This document shows positions 26,414-38,705 of a stretch of 64,000 nt of DNA, piece after piece. Below the pieces are notes generated by a model that made no database searches, was not told the DNA's origin, and saw only the letters and a list, made by a program, of their open reading frames with translations. Position 1 is the first letter of the stretch. Every line of letters begins with the position of its first letter. Location of the stretch: NCBI RefSeq assembly GCF_006345805.1, contig NC_043012.1:25296001-25360000 (forward strand), written 5' to 3'. The translations under genes were made by a program, and so were the position numbers. The stretch is from Octopus sinensis. Its lineage: Eukaryota.

Positions 26414-26457
<44 letters not shown>

Positions 26458-26854
26458 TAAGTTGCGACAAAGATTGCATAGACGTGACTATACCACTTAA
26501 TTATTTCAAATAATTTTCCATTGTATTTTAATCATAAATCGATTCTTGAAGAACAAAATATCAGACAATTTATTAATAATATGTATATAATTGGTCCTTG
26601 TGTTATTTATGGATTTGTTGCCAGAAGAGAACGCTATGAAAAATGTCTATATATAATATAAATGTTAGAAGACTATTATGTGTGCAGAACTGTGCGCTAT
26701 GGATGTAATATTTTTAGTCTTTGATATGACTATGCTTCTTGTAACAACGTTATTGTGAACCCTTAGTGGTTAGGGGTATTTGGCTCGCGATCGTAAGGCA
26801 AGGGTTCGATATTCGATGGCACATTACGTCTTTGAGCAAAAGACATCGTCTCTT

Positions 26855-27456
26855 GTTGTCCTCAGCCTGGACTACTGCTCTCAAATGTGGTCACCCTACA
26901 ATATCGGATTAATAACGGAACTTGAGGCGGTTCGGTGATGTTACTCAATGAATATTGCATCAATGGAATAGCTGAGCTACTGCGAGGGATTGGAAAAGCT
27001 GAGATCTACTCACTGGATCGAAGACGAGAGTGGTATGCAGTAATATATACGTGGAAGATACCGGAGGGTCTGGGACCAACCTTTGAATTTGAGAGATATA
27101 CCAGACGTCGAATTAGACGACTCTGAACTGTTCCAAAGTATCCAGCTCTCCCATCTAATGTGAGGACCATTTACTGCGATAGCTTGGGACTCAAGGGTCC
27201 ACAGCTATTCAATACCTTGCCAAAATATCTGAGGGACTCCATGGAGTGGCGGGGGGGTTGAGAGTCAGATGTTTTCAAGAGCAACTTGACCGCTTACTAT
27301 CCAAGATCCCAGATTAACCAATATCAAGGCAGGAAACTCAAAAGAGGGCAGTAGTGCCGAACTCCCACCTTCACCAAAAGCTAATCACATAGGATTGGAC
27401 AATTATACGGTGATTACATCACAGCATTAGGACTGTAACATATAAAAGAAAAAAAA
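26855..27456 (+). mobile_element. 5'-truncated, decayed CR1-group LINE 3' fragment
   Basis: Reads LS-LDYCSQMWSPYNIGLITELEAV, then IYSLDRRREWYAVIYTWKI and tactgcgatagcttgggactcaagggtccacagct, which matches the 55540-55575 region of the larger LINE. Ends in an A-rich tail. Confidence 0.8.
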
Positions 27457-27917
27457 TATATATATATATAAATATAAGAGGAACATTTTTAACCACTGTG
27501 GGGAAACCCTTATGCTAGAAGAAGATCCGCTATGGTCTTAACCATTAAGAATTGTTCTCCACAAAATTTAGCACACCAGAAACGTAAGCGAGCACGACAA
27601 AAATATAGATTAATCATTAACAATTGTTTCACTATCAAAAAATTACGTAATTTTACTTACACAATTTATCTGTAGATCGTCAGTATCATCGTCTATGCAG
27701 AATATAATTTGCAGAACTTCACGCCAGATATCAGCACGAGGTCGAAAATGCATGTAGTTCTACCTATTACATTTGCGGTTATTTTCAAAAGTCTTCGTTT
27801 AGGCGCGCTAAATTACCGGAAATAAATACTGCATAAATAATTCACTGCAGTATGTGATTGGGTATTATCTGGTAATTAATATTTGATTTGGATGTATTTT
27901 TCCATTTTCTTATTTTA

Positions 27918-27950
<33 letters not shown>

Positions 27951-28029
27951 GATATATATATATATATATATATATAGATATAACGCTATGAAAAATGACC
28001 GGTCTTTTCATAGCGTTTTTCCGATGGCC

Positions 28030-28092
28030 GGATAACTGAAGAGATGGTGGTGTGGATTTCCACATCGGCATCCGAAACTCAGAGTTTTATCT
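28030..28092 (+). ncRNA. Type I hammerhead ribozyme candidate with extended stem II
   Basis: GGATAA-CTGAAGA-GATG..GGTGTGGA(tt)TCCACATC..CATC-c-GAA-ACTC(a)GAGT-T-TTATCT. GUU site at 28084-28086. Confidence 0.7.
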
Positions 28093-28213
28093 TGGCTACC
28101 GAATAATTGTCACATATTATACTTACAGATAAATTCCTCTATTTACATAATATTGAGGACCCTTCTTTCTTTCGTTATCTTACCGTTTTTACCAACACAC
28201 ACACACACACACA

Positions 28214-28267
<54 letters not shown>

Positions 28268-28899
28268 ATATATATATATTATATATATATATTAATATAT
28301 ACAATGTGTTTGCGTGTGTGCGAATAAATGTGATAGAAAAGGTCGTTGAGTACTGCGCCAGTTATTTATAGGTTTCATTATACCAATATAAGCAACATTT
28401 GTTGCATTCAAAATGGGGTTTTATAATAGCTGTCATATCGGAATTTTCTGTCTTATCTCAATATGGGACCAACTGTATTTGATCCATTGATTAATAATTT
28501 TATTGATCAATTATCGAGTCATCTGTATTCTCTACATAAGCCGTGTTTATAGAATCAAACAAACTTTTTACCATGATCACTCCACATATCGTTTTACAGT
28601 AGACACATTCACACACCAGACGCACCAGACACACACACACACACACACACTGTATGTGTAAGTACAATTCTTTTTATCTTACGGTGTTTTGTGATTTAGT
28701 GGAAGATTAATGATGGCTGCTAAGCTTCGTATTTAACTTACAAAATCAGGTTTTTCTCTTGTGGCTAGAATCTATTTTGATTCTACAGAGTGGACAGTGA
28801 AACTGGAGAAAGGCGGCAAGCCAGCTGCCACAGCTAGTCTATATAATACGTAACGTAATACACTACATGTACATATATGTATATATACGTATATATATG

Positions 28900-28996
<97 letters not shown>

Positions 28997-30204
28997 CGTA
29001 ATGAAAAGATTAATAGACGAATATTTATAAAAGCGAATATATTTATAATAAATAGTTATGTATAGTGCAAGTGATATTGTTCTCTTCTTGAAATTCTTTC
29101 TGCATGCGTTTCTCTCCTTTTCAAACTTTCTGTGTCCTGTCTGCTCATTTCTCTGTGTATTTTTTTCTTAGTTCCTTTTCTCTCGCCTCTTTATTATTTA
29201 TTTCTTTTTCTTCTTTTTTTTGTTTCTCGTTTCTTTTTCTTTTTTTTCTTTCCCCTTGCTTTTTCAATCTGATTTTTTTCTTTCTTTGATCGATTCTTTC
29301 ATATATTTCTTTCTTTCCTTCTTTCTTCCTTGAATGTTCTCCATTCGTTTTACTTTCACTTGCTCTTTTCTTCTTTCTCATTTTACTTTCCCCTTTCTTC
29401 TTATCTTCCTATGATTGACTTTTTCATATACCTCTTTCATTCTTGCTTTTATTTTTCCTTCCTGTATTCATTCAGGTTTTATTTCTCATTCGTTCTGTTT
29501 TCTTCTTTCATTCTTATATTTCTTTCTTCTTTGTTCGATTCTTTCCTTCGTAAATTTCATTCTCTCTACTTCCGCTATTAATACAAATCTTTCCGTTTTC
29601 CATTTTGTCTTTAGTTAACTATTATCTTAATAACTTTCTTCCCTTCTCCTTTACACCTTCTTCGTTCCTCCCTCCCTCCATTCTTTCCATCGTACCTTCC
29701 TTCCTTCATTCATTTCTTTCTTTCAACGTCCCAGCGATGAAGCTTCCTCACGGTCGTCTGAACTACAGGAAAAAAAACAAAAGAAAAACAAAACAAACAA
29801 AAAAAAACACATTTGTCTCTATATGGTCTCCCATCCAGAAAAAGGACCCCCACCACCACAAATGTTATATTTGGTCATTTATTTAGAAATAATATAATGT
29901 CGGGAAAACATTTCGCGGTTTGGCACAGCTAGAATTTCTTTGAATCATAGGATTTCTAGACCAGGGACAGCTGTCCATTGCTAAACGACAAAAAAAGTAC
30001 AACAAAATCAAACACAAACATATTCTTATTACAAAATATCTGCAAATCAAGTGAAAAATTGTCTGATTTTAAATAGACATGTCCTCAACATGAAGAACGA
30101 TGACAGCAACAACGGTAACAACAACAATGATAGCGTTGAAATAGGATGAAAGAGAACCTGCATGAACAGACAGAGACAGTTAGAAAACGAAACACAAGAA
30201 AGAT

Positions 30205-30248
<44 letters not shown>

Positions 30249-30390
30249 ATATATGTAGGTCCGGGTTGATTCGGGTTAACCACAGTAAGTAAGGTAACTC
30301 AATACATAGCAGAGTAAAATTAATTTATTATATAGAAGGAGCTTCTACAGGACTAGATAACTAACATTGTTCATTCAGAAATCTTCAGGA

Positions 30391-30441
30391 AGCTTCCTGA
30401 AGATTTCTCTTGAATGAAACAGTACTAGTCCTGTAGAAGCT
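30391..30441 (+). ncRNA. Type I hammerhead ribozyme candidate inside a fold-back
   Basis: AGCTTC-CTGAAGA-t-TTC(tctt)GAA-t-GAA-ACAG(tactagtc)CTGT-A-GAAGCT: 6-bp stem I, 4-bp stem III, GUA site at 30433-30435. Confidence 0.7.
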
Positions 30442-30842
30442 CCTTCTATATAATAAATATATATATAATATATATATATATAATAAGCTCAAAGGGAAAT
30501 AGCTCGACAGTTCGTAAAGTAACTTGTGAGGTTTTAGCGCCGATTGCAGAGATATAGTGGTCTTTGGTGTTTCTTTATCGTTTAACCTTTCATTGTCTGG
30601 GAAATGGCTGTTAGACGAGCGTGAATTAAATGCAAGGAAGAGAGAAAGGAAGAAATTGTGCAAGAAAGAGTCAAACGTGGGAGAGGAAGACAGAGAGAGA
30701 GAGAGCAGGAGAAACGGAGAGACGTTGAAAGACAAATAGAAAGTGAACGCACGTACACACACACACACACACAGGCATAAGTATACAAATATATTTGCGT
30801 ATGTATGTATATACATGTATATGTATACATATATATATTTAA

Positions 30843-30884
<42 letters not shown>

Positions 30885-30898
30885 TGCATCGTCATGAG

Positions 30899-31236
30899 AC
30901 TCCGTCAGTTACGACGACGACGGTTCGAGTTAAACCGAGCAATGGTGGCAGGGCTCTTTACAGGCACTTTACAGTAGTTTTCGGGAGCTTCAGCGTGACA
31001 CAGAGTGTGACAAGGCTGGCCCTTTGAAGTACAGGTGCAAGAGAAAAAGGATAAAAGAGCGAGACAAAGTTTTGGTGAAGGAGTACAGCAGGGTTTTCTG
31101 CCAGCCCCTGCCGGAGAGTCGTGGAGCTTTACGTCTTTTTGCTCAATAGACACTCACAACGCCCGGTCTGGGAATCGAAACCGCGATCCTATGACCGCGT
31201 ATCTGCTATCCTATACACTGGGCCACAACACCCCAC
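30899..31236 (-). mobile_element. SINE family B with tail type 1
   Basis: Reverse complement matches the 48099 copy (cttgtcacactctgtgtcacgctgaa...cgtcgtcgtaactgacggag). Confidence 0.8.
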
Positions 31237-31318
31237 TACTCTCCTTCTACACCTCACACATACACACATAATATATAAATATATATATTCATATACACAT
31301 ATAATATATATATGTGTT

Positions 31319-31370
<52 letters not shown>

Positions 31371-31879
31371 ATTTAATATATATATATATATATTATATAT
31401 ATAATATATTATATATATATATATTATATATATATATATAGATATAGATATATATCATATACATATACACATACATATAGCGCAATAGAGACAGAGAGAG
31501 CGAGTGAGAAGGAGAAAGAGAGAAAGAGTAGGAGAGAAGCAGAGAGATAGCGGTATGGGAGCAGGTAATTGTGTTACCGAGAAGAAACTCTTGAACACAC
31601 ACGTACATCCACACTCAGACACCTATATATAAAATTGTGGGTGGCTGAATATGTGTGCGTGTATACAGGGAGAAATGGTGTGTGGATGGGAAATAGAGTG
31701 AGGACAAGAGTCTGGAAACCATGTGACCTATTGTACGGATCTGTCCCCCTGCCAGTTTCTCATAAGACAAGGAGATATATTTACAAATAGTTCACTGGAT
31801 ATTTCCTTTATTTTTAGACATTCCTTCTTAATAAGAAAGCACATGTATGACTATAGACACTGATTCTATGTACTTCAGG

Positions 31880-31914
<35 letters not shown>

Positions 31915-31996
31915 TATATATGTATAACTATCTATATTTATACACATATATATATATGTGTGTGTGTACATATGTATGTATATGGATACATATATA

Positions 31997-32067
<71 letters not shown>

Positions 32068-33039
32068 ATATACATATATATATGTATATGTATACATATA
32101 CCTAGAGGAGAAGTTTTATCCTAAGCGGAAACTTGTCTTCCTTGTGAGCAATATATATGTATGTGTGTTTTTGTATGTGTGTGTGGTGTGTACGTGTGTG
32201 TGTCTGTGTGTGTATTAGATGGTGGATGTGTGTGTTGCCGTACGTAGATGTGTGTATGTATATCTACGTGCTTATTTTGAAATTACCTGTATGCGCGTGC
32301 TTCACAGTGTGTGCCTTCAAGAGTGTATGTCTATAAGAGTTTATGTTTGACTATAACTGCATTGTTTTGCGTAGGTGTTTGTGTAAGTTTGAGTGCCACG
32401 TTTGTCTGCCCTTGTATCTTTCAATACGTTCGTGTACTTTCATTTGTTTGAGATTTGCTTCTGTTCATTTGTATGTGGCATATATATATATGCGTGTGTT
32501 TTGTGTTTACCTCTTATTACACGTGAAGTAGTAATTGTGTTTGTCTTTGTTTACATCAGTATGACGTAGCAGACAATTATTTTTCCTCAATGTTGTTACA
32601 TGGGAAAACAATGGTTCTCATCAAATCCCGGAAATAAATAAATGAAAAATAAAATGTGTCAAAATGGCGACTGTTACAGTGTATGAGGTCAATATCGGCG
32701 CCATTTTGATGATGTTTCTATTATGCAGGCATGCATGCGTGCATGCATGCATGCATGTATGTATGTATGTATGTATGATGCATGTATGTATGTATATATG
32801 TATTTATGTATGTGTATGTATGTGTGTATGTATGTAAGTATGTATAATTGGATGGATGTATGGATGTATATATGCATGTATATATGTATGCATATATGTA
32901 TGTACGCATACACGTATGCATGTATGTATTATCTATGTATGTATGTATGCCTACATTCATGTATATGTGTGTATATGAATGTGTGTATATATATGTGTAT
33001 GAACATATACATACATATACATATCTATTACATTTAACA

Positions 33040-33108
<69 letters not shown>

Positions 33109-34086
33109 GTGTATATGTATAACTATTAATGTGAGAGGGTTATAGACAAGGAATACACGAATGTACTTTTAAGATTTTGATGAAATATGTATGTGTATGT
33201 ACGGGCGCCCGTAGCTTATATGTTGTAATATAGATTAGAAAACACAACGAGGTGGATTCTACTTGGTTCTTCTTGTTAAAATTACCAGCCTGTATTTTAT
33301 CCATATGAATCAACATAGCATCCTTGGAACCAAATTAAAAAAATGAAGCATAATAGATAATATGGGTGATGGTACACCAAGAGAATGAAATGAACGGTAG
33401 AAGCTCACATATAAATTAACTGAGAATATTCATATAAAGTGAAATCAAAACCCTCTGTTTATGGTCTTTCAAATCAGGAAACAATAAACAAGGATAATAA
33501 CTCAGATAATAACAAATAATCGAAGTTTATAGAATTCAAACATAAGTAGAATAATATCCCTTCTGTAATCGTAACTTCTTTGACCATATGTTTTCTGAAT
33601 GCTAAAAGCTGACTTTTATTTCTTAACTAAATAGTTTTTTGTTTTTTTAATTTCGTGTATACACTAAAATTTACATTTTCTTCCTAGTTTTATATTTTTA
33701 TATTGGGTGCATTTAATGGAGGTGTAATTAATATTTGCAGCAGTTAAATGTACTACAGCTGTCTTATAAGACTTAAATGTGTATTTGATGTTAACATGGC
33801 ACCAGGATATGCTGGGGCACCACTCTGAAATTGTAGAAAAACACACACAAACGCCCGAGCACACACAAATATACAAACGAGCATACGCAAAGATAATAAG
33901 CACATTTGGTTTTGTTTCTACTTTTTGTATAGTAATAACAGCGTGTATTACATATTAGCCACTAAAAAGCAAGCACAACTATTCGGTTTGTCACTCTGCA
34001 TTTGGTATCAAAATAGTCGTCGCATTCTGTGATCTACTCACGGACAAATTTCCACCGCGAAGTCTCTAGCAACAGGTCGTTGACTA

Positions 34087-34224
<138 letters not shown>

Positions 34225-34318
34225 CATACACATACATACAGCACGGGGGTTAAAATATATTACTTTCGCTGGCATGCTGGTTGTTATCACCTGCTGCTCA
34301 TTGTGGAAATTTTGTATG

Positions 34319-34370
<52 letters not shown>

Positions 34371-34544
34371 AAATTCAGAGAGAGAAGTTGATAGATAGAT
34401 GAGCAGAAAACCAGGCATATGCATGTAAAAATGCATAAACATACATTCGTTTGTATGTATATCTACATATATGTATATACGTAATATATATAATATAAAA
34501 TATATGCTCATATATATACTCATATAAATATATCATTTTTTTTC

Positions 34545-34730
34545 TTTTTTTTTACTTGTTTCAGTCATTTGACTGCGGCCATGCTGGAGCACCGCCTTTA
34601 ATCGAGCAACTCGACCCCGGGACTTATTCTTTGTAAGCCCAGTACTTATTCTATCGGTCTCTTTTGCCGAACCGCTAAGTGACGGGGACGTAAACACACC
34701 AGCATCGGTTGTCAAGCAATGCTAGGGGGA
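34545..34730 (-). mobile_element. SINE family A, 3' half
   Basis: gtttcagtcatttgactgcggccatgctggagcaccgcc...gccgaaccgctaagtgacggggacgtaaacacaccagcatcggttgtcaagc, about 230 bp upstream of the synaptotagmin exon. Confidence 0.85.
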
Positions 34731-34964
34731 CATGCACATTTATGTAAATGTGTGTGTATGTATGTATGTATTTATGAATGTATGTATACCTGCCTGCCTA
34801 ACTTCCTGCCTGCATGGATGCATGAATGCATGCATGTGGCATAATTATCATACATAATTTAAACATGTTTATGTTTCCAGTAAACCATTTATTCTTATCT
34901 AGTTAAATTCTATTATATACTTTTCCTTCGTAAAATTAATGATTTTCCATCATTCTCCTTTCAG

Positions 34965-35293
34965 ATCCTTACGTACGTGTGGAATTATCTTTGGATGGCG
35001 AAACCAAGGAGCGGTTCCAAACAAAGACCAAAAAGAAATGTATGGATCCCGTGTTCTCTGAGAAATTTCAATTCAGCATTTCACCACAGCCAGAGACTTT
35101 GCAATGTACAGGAATTACGTTTACAGTATATGACCACGAGCGTTTGCGAAGCGATGAGATGATTGGACAAGTAAGACTTGGCTTCAAAGCCACAGAGGAT
35201 TCCGAATTAATTCAGTGGCGAGAAGCGTTGCAAAGACCCGGTGAGAAAATAACAAAATGGCACCATCTCATGCTGGCTAGCAAGTTTAATTGA
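34965..35293 (+). CDS. Terminal coding exon of a synaptotagmin-family gene (second half of the C2B domain to stop)
   Basis: Acceptor cattctcctttcag|at at 34964/34965 in phase 1, completing Asp. Translation (D)PYVRVELSLDGETKERFQTKTKKKCMDPVFSEKFQFSISPQPETLQCTGITFTVYDHERLRSDEMIGQVRLGFKATEDSELIQWREALQRPGEKITKWHHLMLASKFN* shows the DPYV start, polybasic KTKKK, PVFSEKFQF, D-x-E...IG loop and C-terminal WHxL of synaptotagmin C2B. Paralogue not assignable by eye. Confidence 0.9.
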
Positions 35294-35851
35294 AAAAAAA
35301 GGGACATTAAATTGATTAGTGGAAAATCATTGCTTCCTTTGTAGAATTCTCTGTAGTTTGGCGATAACATGAATATTCCAAATCAAAATTCCCATAGTTA
35401 ATAAGATCGTTTATAGAATTTTCCAATTGGTGACAGGAATATATTAATAGAATAGCGTGATTATAAAGCTGTAAGGCTTCTTTATATAAACGGACTTTCC
35501 TTAAGTAATTCTGAATCGTGTCAGATGGGATAATACCTCCGACCAAACTTTTCTTACAGATTCTGTTTCCCTATGAGAATACGTGACTATATATGTATAT
35601 TGTGTGTATTATGTATGCATATGGAGGCGCATGTATGTATGGAAGTATGTAAATTTGTATAAATATGCATATATATATATATTGATAAATATACGGAAAC
35701 ACATGCCCCACGTGCCATGTATATATATGTATATGTACTTACAAAGTCACTCGCCCGCTTACGTATACATAACTACATTTATGAAATATGTATATGTAGA
35801 TGTAAATACAAACATGTATTTATACATACATATATTTATTGATTCGTACAA

Positions 35852-35912
<61 letters not shown>

Positions 35913-36013
35913 CAATTAGTCAATTTAGGTAGCAAAAAAATTCATAGAAATTTATCGCTACCAGCGGCCTGGTGGAAAAGAGAAAATAGTCAACGACTAA
36001 ATATATATATATA

Positions 36014-36169
36014 ACAATTTAGGAGTGACCCTAACAGGTCATTCGTCCACCAGAAAGAGCAGCCATAACTCACACCGCCAAGTAGTAGTAAATTACTACT
36101 ACTTGGCGGTGTGAGTTATGGCTGCTCTTTCTGGTGGACGAATGACCTGTTAGGTCACTCCTAAATTGT
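36014..36169. repeat. Near-perfect 156-bp palindrome inside (TA)n
   Basis: Arms 36014-36091 (78 nt) and 36093-36169 (77 nt) are exact reverse complements except for one extra C (gaccctaac vs gacctaac). 1-nt centre, TA on both sides. Confidence 0.95.
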
Positions 36170-36224
<55 letters not shown>

Positions 36225-36728
36225 AAAATTATGTATACATACATATATACATATATACGCACACATTCATTAAAATGCATGCTTGTACGGACAGGGGTTT
36301 ATAGGACGCCTGGATAAATAGCAAGGCGTCCTATAAACACCCACCCCCACCCCCACACACCCCACACACACCCGCATGTATACATGCACATGTATAAGAA
36401 TATGTATATGCATATTTATCTACATAAGCATACATATATATATATATAACTAATGGAAGGAGACGGAAGATGTACGATACGAGAATTTATTGATCATTGC
36501 AATTGTCTAGCATCCATCTAGCACCGATCGTCCTCAGGCAGGATACAATGATTTCAGTTGTGCAGTAGCCATCCCCTAGAAGGATCTGAACGATTGTAGT
36601 CATCATTAAAGTTTCTCCTATCTTCCATCTTCTGCCTTTCCCCTTAATCATATCCTTAACGAATACTGTGTCACTAAACGTGCTTTACCGGCAAGTTGGC
36701 AAGTATATACCATACGATTTATTAACAA

Positions 36729-36827
<99 letters not shown>

Positions 36828-37160
36828 TGTATGTATGTATGTATGTATGTATGTATATGTATATATGGCGTGCCGTATGTGACCGTTTGCCTATGAACAC
36901 GTGTATGTGCATTTGTGTGTGTGTGCGTTTGCGTGCTCTCAACTATTTCGCTGGTCTTAATTCTTAATTATAATTACCTACAAATTTTTTCACTTTCCAT
37001 TCGAAAATCGGTTAATATATGTTTTGTATCTATACGAAAATTTATGACACATTATTTGACAATTGTTCAAATTCTAAACATGTTTTTAAATGTTTTAAAT
37101 CAATAACGGTAAGCAGAATATTGAGATAATAGATTTTGTATAATCTAAATTATAGGATTC

Positions 37161-37192
<32 letters not shown>

Positions 37193-37865
37193 TGTATGTA
37201 TGTATGTATGTATGTATGTATGTATATATATATATCGTTCCGAATTTGTGTAGATGTCTATAGAATAATATATCAGTTCAATAAAAATACAATATGGTCT
37301 GGTTTTCAGGGTTGTTTATTATTTTATTTAAAGGATTTTTTATAACGTTTAAGTGTGTTAAACATTAAAAATTTTGCAATGCACATAAAGTTCAATTATA
37401 GGTTTTTTAAGTTCGTAGTAAACATCAGATTGCAAAATGAATGTAACTAACTGTTGAATCGTCGACAACTGTATTAAAACGACCGAGTTCTGTCTTCTTA
37501 TACCTCTTAGAAGGCATCGACAAGCTGAATTTTTCAAAACGGTTTTCACCAATCAGCATGCTTCTTAAAAATCAGTGTTTGCCTGGCGCACCGATATTAC
37601 CGGTATAGATTCCGCTTGTATTTCAACCAAGTAGCTTGCGGGGGAATTTCTCAGTAATTGTCAAAAATACAACTGACAGTTGAGTACATGCCGTTATCTT
37701 AATAATTGCTACGTACGTATGAAAGCGCTGAATTTTATGAACATTGAAAAATATTTTTTAATGTTTGATACATTGCAACATTATAAAAAAAAGTTTTTTT
37801 AAATACAGTAATAAATGACATGAAAACCAGACCATGTTTTAACTATATTTAAATGATATGTACAA

Positions 37866-37913
<48 letters not shown>

Positions 37914-37994
37914 CAAAGTGAAGTTGTAAGGTACCGCACGAGTGGAATTATATATGAAAGAAGGTTTGAAAATGTAATTTTAAAAGATGTTTAT

Positions 37995-38040
37995 TCACTT
38001 GACCGGTTTCACTTTTTTAGAAAAAGATTGTCAAAAGTAA
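37995..38040 (-). ncRNA. Minimal hammerhead candidate with U3-A8 covariant core (ACCGGU palindrome)
   Basis: Minus strand TTACTT-TTGACAA-t-CTTTTT(cta)AAAAAG-t-GAA-ACCGGT-C-AAGTGA. The repeat runs to (TA)n at about 37910. Confidence 0.65.
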
Positions 38041-38584
38041 AATGTAAAAACTTTGTTGTGTTAGGTACTGGATTATCACAAAATATTACAATACATATAT
38101 ACATTCTTTTATAATAATAAGAACATGTTAAAAACACTTTACAAAGAAAAATCTTGGGAAAATATAAAAAACTTCATTAAAATATTGGGCACAAAAATTT
38201 ACAAGATATATATACATTCTTTGATAATAATAAGGATATGTTAACAACATTTTACAGAAAAATTTTTTTTGAGAAATTATTAACAAGTTCATAAAATCTA
38301 TTAGGATTTCATTAAAAATCATGTTTGTTTGGCAGTATCTATATATATATATATATACACAGAAAATTATAAGTTCAAAAAGGTCATAGTTTGGTGGTAT
38401 ATATATATACACAGAAAGAGATATAGTTAGTTTACAAAGAATTTGGGATGTTACTTTTGACAACCTTTATCTAAAAAAGTGAAACAGGTCAAGTGAGTAA
38501 ACATCTTTTAAAATTGCATTTTCAAACCTTCTCTCTCACTCTCTCTCTCTCTCCTCTCTCTCTCTATATATATATATATTATAT

Positions 38585-38647
<63 letters not shown>

Positions 38648-38663
38648 GCATACATATATACGT

Positions 38664-38705
<42 letters not shown>

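Noticed and set aside
29100-29750. Hydrophobic F/S/L-rich ORFs suggesting membrane proteins
   Set aside because: Low-complexity CT-rich DNA.
36480-36600. CTGAGGA...ACAATTGC remnant on the minus strand (also GAAACCGGTA at 13753-13762)
   Set aside because: GAAA or the 5' core and stem I are destroyed; kept only as decayed repeats, not as ribozyme candidates.
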